A DNA stretch of 63,704 nt, the filler included, from a bacterium (GTDB lineage: Bacteria; JALSQH01), in the NCBI GenBank assembly GCA_026985515.1. It is 13 parts of 13 records of this genome, joined end to end, with 100 filler letters (N's around TTAATTAATTAA, not from the genome) between each part and the next. Parts side by side here need not be neighbours in the genome. Positions count along the whole stretch, not along the records: positions 45,743 to 56,027 come from JALSQH010000163.1; positions 56,128 to 58,602 come from JALSQH010000164.1; positions 58,703 to 61,155 come from JALSQH010000165.1; 10 more parts are not named here. The stretch is one strand, 5' to 3'. This document shows positions 51,762 to 61,255 of the stretch, in pieces. Position 1 is the first letter of the stretch. Every line of letters begins with the position of its first letter. Made by a program: the position numbers and the translations under genes. Under the pieces are notes generated by a model that saw only the letters and a program-made list of their open reading frames with translations, was not told the origin of the DNA and made no database searches.

Positions 51762-53260
51762 TAATCCTGAGGATCCTGATATGGCTTTTTTTCATTTTAA
51801 TCTTCCTCCTCCCACTTATCCCTCTCTTCCTCTCTTTTTCCTCATCATCTCTGATAGAAATAGTGAGAGAGAAAAGTTTCCTAAATGCGTTTCTCAATAG
51901 CCTTTTCATATCCACTTTCTCCACTATAATCTCCCTAATACTGGGTTCACTTACAGGCTTTCTGATCTCAAAGGTTGATTTACCAGGGAGAAAAATCTTC
52001 ACCATTCTCCTTATGATACCCCTTCTCGTTGTCCCATATCAGTTTGCTCTATCATGGTCACTGATACTTCCACCTTCATTAACAAAGTTGCTCTTCACAA
52101 AGTGGGGAGTGGTTTTTATCCTTGCTGAAAGCTACTATCCGGTGATTCTTCTCCTCACCATAGCAGGATTGAATTCCATCTCGAGGGAAGAAGAGGAAAG
52201 CGCGCTCATACTTTCAAAACCTTCCAAAATATTCACCGGGATCTACCTCCGCAGAGTTCTTCCATTTCTTATTGCAGGCTCCCTGATAGTTTTCCTCTTC
52301 TCCTTTTCAGAGGTGGGAGTCGCTACATACCTTGGTGTGGATGTTATCCCTTACGAAATCCTGGTGAAATTTTCTGCCTTTTACGACCTGAAGGGTGCCA
52401 CCATTTATGCTGTACCCATGGGAGTTATGGGATTGCTGCTTTTTATCTTTGAGTATTTTCTCTTCTCAAAATCTATTTCATTCACATGGAGAGGAGGAGC
52501 AGGAGGAGAGGTTGTATATAAAAGCAGGATTCTCAAATATACAGGGTTCTTTTTAACGACAACATTAATCATCATTCTGGTAATAATGCCTCTCTCAGGT
52601 ATGATCATGGGAAGTGTGAGGAGTGAAAATATATTCAGAACTATAGTAACAGGTACAGAGAGCCTTCTCAGAAGCCTCTTCTTCTCTCTAATTGCCGCAT
52701 TTTCAGGAATGATATGGGGTTTTCTGGCAATTTACCTCTGCAAAAGATTTTCAAAATCAATTTTTGGAGCAGTAACTCTTTTGACATTTTTTATTTCTCC
52801 ACCTGTCATAGCAACCGGTATCCTCTACTCATGGGGAAAATTCCTTCCATTCCTCTATGGTACAGCCTTAACCCTCATCGCAGGATGGCTTGCCCGTTTT
52901 TCCTTTCCCGGGATCAAGATTCTTGAATCAGCCTTTGAGAATTTAGACAGAGCATCAGAGGAAGCAGCCATCATAGCTGGAGCGGGAGAAATAAGAAGAG
53001 GAGTAAAAATCATATTCCCGCAGGTGAGAAACTGGTTTTATGCCGGTGTAATTTTGATTTTTGTTTTTTCAATGAATGAACTATCTGCCAGCACAATGCT
53101 CTATCCACCCGGTGGAGAGACTTTAGTGGTCAGACTTTATACACTTACAGTTAACAACTCTCCCGAAGTTCTCTCGGTGCTCTCCCTTCTCAATCTGACA
53201 GGAACACTTCTTTTCTCCACTCTTTTTATGCTGTATGGAGTGAAAAGGAGAAACAAATGA
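51746..53260 (+). CDS. Fe3+-type ABC transporter permease
   Basis: Two BPD_transp_1 halves with EESA/EEAA loops. Confidence 0.85.
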   Translation: MGFTLIILRILIWLFFILIFLLPLIPLFLSFSSSSLIEIVREKSFLNAFLNSLFISTFSTIISLILGSLTGFLISKVDLPGRKIFTILLMIPLLVVPYQFALSWSLILPPSLTKLLFTKWGVVFILAESYYPVILLLTIAGLNSISREEEESALILSKPSKIFTGIYLRRVLPFLIAGSLIVFLFSFSEVGVATYLGVDVIPYEILVKFSAFYDLKGATIYAVPMGVMGLLLFIFEYFLFSKSISFTWRGGAGGEVVYKSRILKYTGFFLTTTLIIILVIMPLSGMIMGSVRSENIFRTIVTGTESLLRSLFFSLIAAFSGMIWGFLAIYLCKRFSKSIFGAVTLLTFFISPPVIATGILYSWGKFLPFLYGTALTLIAGWLARFSFPGIKILESAFENLDRASEEAAIIAGAGEIRRGVKIIFPQVRNWFYAGVILIFVFSMNELSASTMLYPPGGETLVVRLYTLTVNNSPEVLSVLSLLNLTGTLLFSTLFMLYGVKRRNK

Positions 53261-53961
53261 TCCCTGTTGAGCTGGTAGAAGTATGGAAGAATTTTCAGGG
53301 AGAGGATGTCCTGAGAGGTATTAATCTAAAAGTGGAAAATGGTGAGATTCTGGCAATAATAGGTATATCCGGTGCGGGTAAAACAACCATTTTGCGAATA
53401 ATAGCGGGGCTGGAAACTCCAGACAGAGGAGAGGTCCTGATAGAAGGCAAGACGGCTTCAAAAGATGGCAGGATTATAACACCTCCATATCAGAGAAAGG
53501 TGGGGTTCATCTTTCAGAATCTGGGATTATGGGAACATATGAGCGTGGAAAATCATCTCAGATTTGTATGCAAGAACAAGGAAAAGATTGAAAAAACACT
53601 CGATTTCTTTGCTCTAAAGGATCACAGAAAGAAAAAGCCCTACCAGTTATCGGGGGGACAGAAACAGAGACTTGCAATTGCAAGGACCTTTATAACTGAG
53701 CCAGATATCATTCTCCTTGACGAACCATTTGCCAACCTTGACCTCCCTGCCAAAAGGAAACTGAGGGAGGAGATTTTAAAAATAAAAAGGGAGAGAAACA
53801 CAACATTTATCTATGTAACCCATGATCCCACAGATCTGAAACTGATGGCTGACAGAATCGCGGTGTTAGTTGATGGAAGAATTATTCAGATAGGGAGTTA
53901 CAAAGAAATCCTTGAGAAACCTGTGGATAAAAAGGTTACGGAACTTCTTGTAATTGAATAA
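53257..53961 (+). CDS. ABC transporter ATP-binding protein
   Basis: GISGAGKT, LSGGQ, LLDEP, VTHD. Confidence 0.92.
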   Translation: MIPVELVEVWKNFQGEDVLRGINLKVENGEILAIIGISGAGKTTILRIIAGLETPDRGEVLIEGKTASKDGRIITPPYQRKVGFIFQNLGLWEHMSVENHLRFVCKNKEKIEKTLDFFALKDHRKKKPYQLSGGQKQRLAIARTFITEPDIILLDEPFANLDLPAKRKLREEILKIKRERNTTFIYVTHDPTDLKLMADRIAVLVDGRIIQIGSYKEILEKPVDKKVTELLVIE

Positions 53962-54022
53962 AATTTCAAAAAGCAAAAATTCCCCTTGAAAATTATAATT
54001 CCACGCTTAGAATAGCAATCTC

Positions 54023-54751
54023 ATGCTGTTGCTATTCCTTATCTCACTATTTGCCGCATTTATCTTTTCCCTCGGTGGTGTGGGTGCCGCCATTGTTCTA
54101 ATACCCATAATGGTTTCAATGGGAATCCCTGTGAACATTGCAAAACCTGTGGGACTTTTTTACAACACAATCAGTCTTTCAGGAGCTACATATAGCAATA
54201 TCAAAAATAAAAGGCTGGATGTCAGGCTGGGAATACCCATAATCGTTTCCTCATTCTTCTTTGCAGTTATTGGTGCATACATTTCAAAATTCATACCTGC
54301 TAAAGTGATCCTGATTCTCTTCATTATTTTTCTCATCTTCTCAAGTTTTATCTTTTTTATCAGCAAAAAGGGTAAGGATAGGTACAGAGAGGATGTGCCA
54401 TATCTTGCATTGGGCGGAGTTGGAGCACTTGCAGGTCTCCTCTCCGGACTCCTCGGCATAGGCGGGGGAGGAATAATCTCTCCACTTATGCTTATGCTCG
54501 GTTTCAATCCCAAGAAAATAACAACTGTAACTGCCTTTGCTGTCCCCTTCTCCTCTTTCTCAGGCTTCCTCACCTACTGGGCAATGGGGAGTGTAAACTG
54601 GAAGTTGATGCTGATTGTCTCACTGGGCGGCCTGATAGGTGCCTCAATCGGAACAAATCTCATGCATGAAAGATTCCATCCCCAGACAGTCAAAAAAGTC
54701 CTCGCAGTAATTCTGCTCATCCTGGCAGTAAAGCTGATGTTTAAGGTGTAG
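54023..54751 (+). CDS. Sulfite exporter TauE/SafE family protein
   Basis: LGGVGAAIVLIP and SGLLGIGGG repeats; about 8 TM helices. Confidence 0.85.
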   Translation: MLLLFLISLFAAFIFSLGGVGAAIVLIPIMVSMGIPVNIAKPVGLFYNTISLSGATYSNIKNKRLDVRLGIPIIVSSFFFAVIGAYISKFIPAKVILILFIIFLIFSSFIFFISKKGKDRYREDVPYLALGGVGALAGLLSGLLGIGGGGIISPLMLMLGFNPKKITTVTAFAVPFSSFSGFLTYWAMGSVNWKLMLIVSLGGLIGASIGTNLMHERFHPQTVKKVLAVILLILAVKLMFKV

Positions 54752-54765
54752 TGCAAGGCACGGGG

Positions 54766-54794
54766 TTGAGTCAGGGGGAGAGTTGGGGTATAAT
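54766..54794 (+). promoter_or_regulatory. Sigma70 promoter of the integrase, embedded in G-tracts
   Basis: TTGAGT-N17-TATAAT, ending 20 nt before the ATG. Confidence 0.7.
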
Positions 54795-54814
54795 GGGGGA
54801 AGGGGGAAAGTTAA

Positions 54815-55927
54815 ATGTTTGGTAGTGAAAGATTAAAATATGAGAAAGAGGGAAATGAATTTTTATTATTCATCAGAGAAGACACACAGAGAATAAGAGT
54901 TATCAAAGGAGATAAAAACAAAGTTGTCGTTTTTATACCCTATGATCCAGGCTTAATAGATAAGATTAAAACAATTAATGGCAGGAGGTGGAATCCAGAG
55001 AAAAAATACTGGGAGTTACCATTCAGAGAAGACTTAATATCAAAACTTAAAATCCTTTTTCCAGAAAACCTTTCTATTGATCCAGAGCTATATCTTTTTC
55101 CTTTGGAAAAAGAGCTTACAATTAGAAAATACTCAAAGAGAACAGTCAGATCCTATGTTAGTATAAATAGAAACTTCCTCAACTGGATTGGTAAGGAACC
55201 TGAAAATGTGAATAATCAGGATATAAAAAAGTACCTGTATTACTTAGTAGAACAAAAGGAAAGGTCAACCTCAACAATTAATATTGTAATAAACGCTTTA
55301 AAATTCTATTATGGAGAAATTCTAAAGAAAAAGTTTATTTATGATATCAGGCGACCCAAAAAAGATAAAAAGTTGCCTGTCGTTTTGAGTAGAGAAGAAG
55401 TTTTAAAAATTATTTCTGCCATAAACAACATAAAACACAAGGCAATTATATCACTCGTTTATTCCTCTGGATTGAGAGTGGGAGAAGTTGTTAAACTAAC
55501 AATAGAGGACATAGATACTGAAAGTAAACTCATTCATATTAAAGAAAGTAAGGGAAGGAAAGATAGGTACACCCTGCTTTCAGAACATGCTCTGCAAATC
55601 TTGAAAGATTACCTTAAAAAATACAGACCTTCAAAGTGGTTATTTGAAGGATCTCAAAAGGGAAACCATATATCCACCAGAACAGTTCAGGCAATTTTCA
55701 AACAGGCATGTGAAAAAGCGGGAATTAAAAAGCCTGTAAGTGTCCATTCCTTGAGACACAGCTTTGCCACTCATCTATTAGAAAGTGGAGTGGATCTGAG
55801 GTATATTCAGGAGATCCTGGGGCATAAGAGCAGCAAAACAACGGAAATTTATACCCATGTGAGTAAGGCGAACATTGCTAAAATTAAAAGTCCGTTTGAT
55901 GGAATTATGGAGGAGCAAAAGGAATGA
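54815..55927 (+). CDS. Integron-like tyrosine recombinase (HARP-like + SAM_4-like + catalytic domain), no I2 insertion
   Basis: YSKRTVRSY, LPVVLSREEV, YSSGLRVGE, KGRKDR, HSLRHSFATHLLE, LGH, TTEIYTHV. AT-richer than neighbouring genes. Confidence 0.88.
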   Translation: MFGSERLKYEKEGNEFLLFIREDTQRIRVIKGDKNKVVVFIPYDPGLIDKIKTINGRRWNPEKKYWELPFREDLISKLKILFPENLSIDPELYLFPLEKELTIRKYSKRTVRSYVSINRNFLNWIGKEPENVNNQDIKKYLYYLVEQKERSTSTINIVINALKFYYGEILKKKFIYDIRRPKKDKKLPVVLSREEVLKIISAINNIKHKAIISLVYSSGLRVGEVVKLTIEDIDTESKLIHIKESKGRKDRYTLLSEHALQILKDYLKKYRPSKWLFEGSQKGNHISTRTVQAIFKQACEKAGIKKPVSVHSLRHSFATHLLESGVDLRYIQEILGHKSSKTTEIYTHVSKANIAKIKSPFDGIMEEQKE

Positions 55928-55948
55928 ATACTGTTTCGAAAGTAAGGC

Positions 55949-56024
55949 ATATCCGCAATACTGCGTATACACTTCTATATTGGGAAAATATACGCAATGC
56001 GGGTATAACTGAGTTGTGCGCAAT
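55949..56024 (+). mobile_element. Putative attI-like recombination site
   Basis: Three direct repeats ending CGCAAT, an interleaved inverted repeat, and TAAC-tga-GTT just before the contig break. Confidence 0.55.
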
Positions 56025-56127
56025 CAGNNNNNNNNNNNNNNNNNNNNNNNNNNNNNNNNNNNNNNNNNNNNTTAATTAATTAANNNNNNNNNNNNNNNNN
56101 NNNNNNNNNNNNNNNNNNNNNNNNNNN

Positions 56128-56605
56128 GATTTACAAACTTGGACCAACGAAAAACGCACTTATGTTACAGGCTGGAGAACAGGTTTCGTCGGAAGATGTG
56201 GCGAAGGAGCTCGGTGTTTCTGCCAGAGATGTGGAGGAGATGGAAAACAGATTATTCACACCTGATCTTTCCCTTGATGCAGATGTGGATGAGGAAGGGA
56301 GAACAAAATATGAAGATCTTTTTGTGGCTGACAGGGGGGAGCAGGAAGAAAAGGTGATTGAGACAGAGGAAAAGGAAAAATTGCAAAGAGCCCTTGAAAT
56401 TGCCAGAAATCGTCTTAATGAAAGAGAAAAAATTATCCTTGAAAAAAGGTTGTTAACTGATAATCCCCTGACTCTTCAGGAACTTGCAGATAATTTTGGT
56501 GTCTCACGAGAAAGAGTGAGGCAGATTGAGAAGAAGACGCTGGAGAAACTGAAAAAGATAATAGGAGAGATGGAAAATGAAGGGAGAAATTCAGGAGATC
56601 AATGA
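56128..56605 (+). CDS. RpoH/sigma32-like sigma factor, C-terminal part (regions 3-4)
   Basis: VAKELGV, DLSLDA, LTLQELADNFGVSRERVRQIE. Confidence 0.8.
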
Positions 56606-57566
56606 GAAGGTTCAGGAAAAAGGATATGTGCTGGAAGATATTTTAAAAGAAATTGGCAAAGTCATTGTTGGACAGAAGTACATGGTTGAGAGAGTTCTGA
56701 TAGGTCTTTTTTCAAGGGGCCACATTCTGGTTGAAGGAGTGCCTGGACTGGCAAAAACTTTAACTGTTAAAACCCTGGCTGATATCCTTGATATAAAATT
56801 TCAGAGGATTCAGTTTACTCCTGACCTTCTTCCCGCAGATATAATAGGAACTCTCATTTATGATCAGTCCACGGGAACTTTTAAAGTTCAGAAAGGGCCC
56901 ATTTTCGCAAATTTAATTCTTGCAGATGAGATCAACAGGGCTCCTGCAAAGGTACAATCTGCTCTTCTCCAGGCTATGGAGGAAAAAGAAGTTTCAATAG
57001 GTAAAGAAACCTACAAACTTGAAGAACCGTTTCTGGTAATGGCTACGCAGAACCCCATTGAACAGGAGGGAACTTATCCACTTCCCGAGGCACAGGTGGA
57101 CAGGTTCCTCATGAAATTGAATATTGATTACCCCTCAAAGGAAGAGGAGCTTGAAATTTTGAACAGAATGAGCGGAAAAGAGCCACCAAAGGTAAACAAG
57201 ATTCTATCACCAGCTGATATCCTTGAGATTCAGGATCTCGTTGATACCATCTATATTGATGAGAAGCTTCGTGAATACATAGTTGACCTGATATTTGCAA
57301 CGAGAGAACCTTCAGCGTATGGTCTCGAAGAACTTGAGGATCAGATTGATTTTGGTGCATCTCCAAGAGGTACCATTGGATTGACAAGAGCCGCCAGAGC
57401 ACATGCTTTTCTGAGGAGGAGAGGGTATGTTATCCCTGAAGACATAAAGGCAGTTGCCTATGATGTATTGAGACACAGAATTATTTTGAGTTACGAAGCT
57501 GAGGCTATGGGAGTAACCACTGAGGATGTGATAAGAAGGATCCTTGATGTCGTGGAAGTGCCATAA
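56577..57566 (+). CDS. moxR: MoxR family AAA+ ATPase
   Basis: EGVPGLAKT, RIQFTPDLLP, DEINRA, ATQNPIEQEGTYPLPEAQ.DRF. Confidence 0.93.
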   Translation: MKGEIQEINEKVQEKGYVLEDILKEIGKVIVGQKYMVERVLIGLFSRGHILVEGVPGLAKTLTVKTLADILDIKFQRIQFTPDLLPADIIGTLIYDQSTGTFKVQKGPIFANLILADEINRAPAKVQSALLQAMEEKEVSIGKETYKLEEPFLVMATQNPIEQEGTYPLPEAQVDRFLMKLNIDYPSKEEELEILNRMSGKEPPKVNKILSPADILEIQDLVDTIYIDEKLREYIVDLIFATREPSAYGLEELEDQIDFGASPRGTIGLTRAARAHAFLRRRGYVIPEDIKAVAYDVLRHRIILSYEAEAMGVTTEDVIRRILDVVEVP

Positions 57567-57568
57567 TC

Positions 57569-58450
57569 ATGCTGAGAGAAGAATTAAAGAAGAAGTTGAG
57601 AAGAATAGAGTTTCATGCTACCCGCCTTGTGGAAGAGCATCTTGCAGGAAGTTATCACAGTGTATTTAAGGGAAAGGGAATCGAATTTTCCGAGGTGAGG
57701 GAATACCAGATTGGTGATGAGGTGAGATTTATTGACTGGAATGTGACTGCCCGTAAAGGTGTACCTCATACAAAGGTATTTGTGGAGGAGAGGGAGCTGA
57801 CTGTTCATGTGCTGGTTGATGTAAGTGGTTCGCTTTTATCTGGATCTACCAATGCCAAGAGGGAGTTTGCTGCAGAGATTGCAGCTGTTCTTGCATTTTC
57901 AGCGGCTCTCAATCAGGATAAAGTGGGTGCATTGCTATTTTCGGATAAAATTGAAAAGTATGTGCCTCCCAGGAAGGGGAGAAAACAGGTTATGAGAATT
58001 ATCACAGATATTCTCTCCTTTGAACCATCCAGTGCAGGTACGAACATTGAGAAGGCTCTGGAGTATTTTCTCCAGATATATCCGAAGAGAGGAATTGCAT
58101 TTCTCATCAGTGATTTTACTGTGAGAGAACCAGAAAAACTTCGTGAACCCCTTTCAATTGTTCGAAAGAAACATGATCTGATTGGAATTTTTTTGAGAGA
58201 TAGCGTGGAGGAGAACCTTCCTGAAGGTAAATACAGATTTTATGATCTGGAGTCTGGAGAGGAAATTATGGTTGATCTAACGGGATACAACTATCAGCTT
58301 TATCATGATTGGGTGAAGAGAAGAATTAAAAGTGTTAAAGATGTGACTCTGAAAAGTAAAGTTGATGTGGTTGATATTTTTATGGGAACAGATTTTTTAC
58401 CACCTCTGATGAGATTTTTCCAGGAGAGAAAAAAGAGACTCAGAAGATGA
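57569..58450 (+). CDS. DUF58 protein
   Basis: G.EFSEVREY..GD..R.IDWNVTAR, DVSGS, ISDF. Confidence 0.9.
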   Translation: MLREELKKKLRRIEFHATRLVEEHLAGSYHSVFKGKGIEFSEVREYQIGDEVRFIDWNVTARKGVPHTKVFVEERELTVHVLVDVSGSLLSGSTNAKREFAAEIAAVLAFSAALNQDKVGALLFSDKIEKYVPPRKGRKQVMRIITDILSFEPSSAGTNIEKALEYFLQIYPKRGIAFLISDFTVREPEKLREPLSIVRKKHDLIGIFLRDSVEENLPEGKYRFYDLESGEEIMVDLTGYNYQLYHDWVKRRIKSVKDVTLKSKVDVVDIFMGTDFLPPLMRFFQERKKRLRR

Positions 58451-58602
58451 GCATCCTGCAACTACTATCCCTTTTCCTGATTTCTGGACTTCAGTGGCAC
58501 TTCAAAACCTATCCAACCACTGTGTCCATTGGTACAGAGATCCATTCCATCATCTGGGTTAATCCAGTTTCTCAGGGTACAGTGGGGTATTATTACAATG
58601 TT
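58447..58602 (+). CDS. Exported BatD-like protein, N-terminal fragment
   Basis: Signal-like N-terminus; position after moxR-DUF58. Confidence 0.4.
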
Positions 58603-58702
58603 NNNNNNNNNNNNNNNNNNNNNNNNNNNNNNNNNNNNNNNNNNNNTTAATTAATTAANNNNNNNNNNNNNNNNNNNNNNNNNNNNNNNNNNNNNNNNNN
58701 NN

Positions 58703-59240
58703 AGTGGGAAAGGAGGAGGACTGGAAGAGGATTCTCTATCTCTACCTTGATAGAATTTTTTCCAAGGATGATTACTCACCCCTTCCCCCTTCCAGGAAGT
58801 ATCTGCCTTTTGATCTCTATGCACCTTCTCTGAGAAGCGAGGATTTAACTGGACGGATTGTTATAGCAGTTGATACATCTGGCTCGATGAGTGCAAGAGA
58901 GATTGGCAGGATTCTTGGTGAAATAGATTTTATACGCTATTTTGTGGAAGATATTTTTCTCATTTTTCATGACTATGTTATTCAGGAAGTTATAAGACCC
59001 ACTTCTCTCAAGCAATACATGGAGGGAAACTCTATCAAGGTGAGGGGAAGGGGAGGTACAAGTCATGAGGATGTTTTCAGATATATCGAAGAGAAGGACC
59101 TCAGGCCCGATCTGTTTATTGGATTTACCGATGGCTACTCCATTTTTCCAAAGATGGAACCTCCATATCCTGTACTGTGGGTGCTGACAAAGGATCACGA
59201 AAAACCTCCCTGGGGGACCGTAATTTATGACGGGATCTAA
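58703..59240 (+). CDS. DUF2201-type VWA-like domain (metallopeptidase-VWA protein), 5' truncated
   Basis: PSRK..PSL, VDTSGSM, GRGGT, FTDG, PVLWV..PPWG. Confidence 0.8.
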
Positions 59241-60601
59241 ATCTTCCAGAGTACAACCCGTGCATTGAGGGCTTTTATTCCTTTCTCATGACGGGCAATG
59301 TTGAGATCCTCCGCATCTTTGTAAGGTATAACCACCATTGTGTTAAGGTTTTTCTTCGCCCATTGGGCAAGTTTGGTGTTTACCCGCCATATTCCATCTG
59401 TGATTGCAATAACATTTCTCAATTTCCTCTCCCTTGCATCTTTTATCACTTCTTCAAAATCTGTACCACCTGTCGTTCTGAGTTTAAGTGATTTAATTTC
59501 AGAGAGGGAATTTCTTCTATGGTGGTTGAAAAAGTGAAGTAAGGTGGTGATATATGCTGACTGAGTTTCAACATCAGGAAGTATATATCTCCATAAAATT
59601 CCTCCATACTACCTGAGAGATCTATGTAGATCCCTGTATCTTTGAATTCGATTGAAGGAAGTACCTCTTCATTTTCATAGAAAAGGGGATAGCCACCCCT
59701 TGCGATGGATATCAGATCCCTTCTCCCCGGCCTTGGAATTACCCCGTGGAGTTTTATCTTTGAAGGAATTCTGTATTTAATGGTGCCCTCATCTCTGAAA
59801 AGTTTCATTATCTCCGATATCAGTTCTGATATCCCCTTTGCCCTGACTATTCCTGATACTCTGCTCTCTGTCAGTTCATCGGCGAGGGAAAAGGATCTTA
59901 CATCGTTTGAGTATCTTTCTTCTCTTGCATCTAATTTTATTTTAATTGCTTCTGAAAGTTCTTCTTTTATTTTCCTTGAAGCAGGGAGACTGGATACGAT
60001 GGGCAGATCAATGTAGGCGAAGTTCAACTCTCTTCCAAAGATCCTTATCAGGTGTGTCTTTATTGTTGTGGCTCCGGGTTGTTTATCTCCATAGGTGTTT
60101 TCCCAGAGGCTTAAAAGTTGCATCTGAAGATGTGGTTTTCCAGGAAGTGTTTTCTCGGCAAGTTTTTTCTTCCTTTCTGGTCTTATCCCGTAGGGGGATC
60201 TGAGGAGAAAGTATGGAATTTTGACTCTGTAGAATCTCTCGAAGAAATCTGAAAGGGAAAAATGCCTTGAAATGTAACTGTTTATCCACATATCCTGTGC
60301 AAAATTGTCAAGGTGGGATCTTCTTGAAAGTGAATTTTCCGAAAAGGAGATCTGGTGGAGCAGTTCATGGGTTAACACGGCAATGGCATCTCTATAGCTG
60401 AGAATATGTTTTTCCCAGAATTTTTTCCCTATCAGAATTTCCGCTTCTCCGCTCAGTTTGATTGCAGCAGTGGGAATTTTTTCATCCTCCACAAATCTAA
60501 CAGTAACATTTGCAAGAAGATAATCCATATATTTCACCAAGAGTGGTGTCAATTTTCCTTGCTTTTTCAATGACTTTATAAATCTTAATTTCTGTTTTCA
60601 T
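59237..60601 (-). pseudogene. HExxH metallopeptidase-VWA protein with two compensating homopolymer frameshifts
   Basis: ATG 60601 with GAGG RBS; IPTAA, HELLH, N.AQD..IN, DLSGSM, then TGGT and ITDG in the next frame. Confidence 0.7.
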
Positions 60602-60603
60602 CT

Positions 60604-61155
60604 TTACCTCAGATCCATTTTTGTCAGAAGGAGAGGCTCTGTAACCTTCTTGTTGTTTATTGTTAACCTCTTTCCCGGATAGTAGATTTCACCATTGGAT
60701 GAGCGTGGTAGCTCCTCTGCTTTTATATGTCTGAGATTGCTTCTCTGAACTGGAAGATACCATGGAAAGATTATAAAGGGCCTGTCCGGGAAATCTTCTT
60801 TTGAATCTTTTTCTGGTATGACCATATACTCAGCCCTGAAAAGGCTGTATGTCAGGGGGTCGTAATTAAAAATTATCACATTTCTGGGGGAAAAACTTTT
60901 TTCCCATCGGTGGGATATGGAGGTTTCACCATTTAAATAATTCAGGTAGAGAGTTTCATCTGGATGGGAGTGGAAAGACCTCCTTCTTCCGAAATGATGA
61001 AGAAATTCGTTTCCCTCTGTGTTGATGTTTGTAACGAAATCAAAGGCATAGTTTTTCCTGTCCACTTTTCCCAGTGCGTATATAAGTTCCTGGTTGAAGA
61101 TATCATATGTTAGAGCGGGAAGATCCAGATTCAATTTTTTTCTATCCTCCTGTAT
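60604..61155 (-). CDS. Hypothetical protein, 5' truncated
   Basis: Open frame to contig end; closely coupled to the downstream gene. Confidence 0.55.
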   Translation of the reverse strand: MQEDRKKLNLDLPALTYDIFNQELIYALGKVDRKNYAFDFVTNINTEGNEFLHHFGRRRSFHSHPDETLYLNYLNGETSISHRWEKSFSPRNVIIFNYDPLTYSLFRAEYMVIPEKDSKEDFPDRPFIIFPWYLPVQRSNLRHIKAEELPRSSNGEIYYPGKRLTINNKKVTEPLLLTKMDLR

Positions 61156-61255
61156 NNNNNNNNNNNNNNNNNNNNNNNNNNNNNNNNNNNNNNNNNNNNT
61201 TAATTAATTAANNNNNNNNNNNNNNNNNNNNNNNNNNNNNNNNNNNNNNNNNNNN

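Noticed and set aside
45743-54751. Genes upstream of the integrase as integron cassettes
   Set aside because: Mixed orientations, their own promoters and no repeated attC-like palindromes between them.
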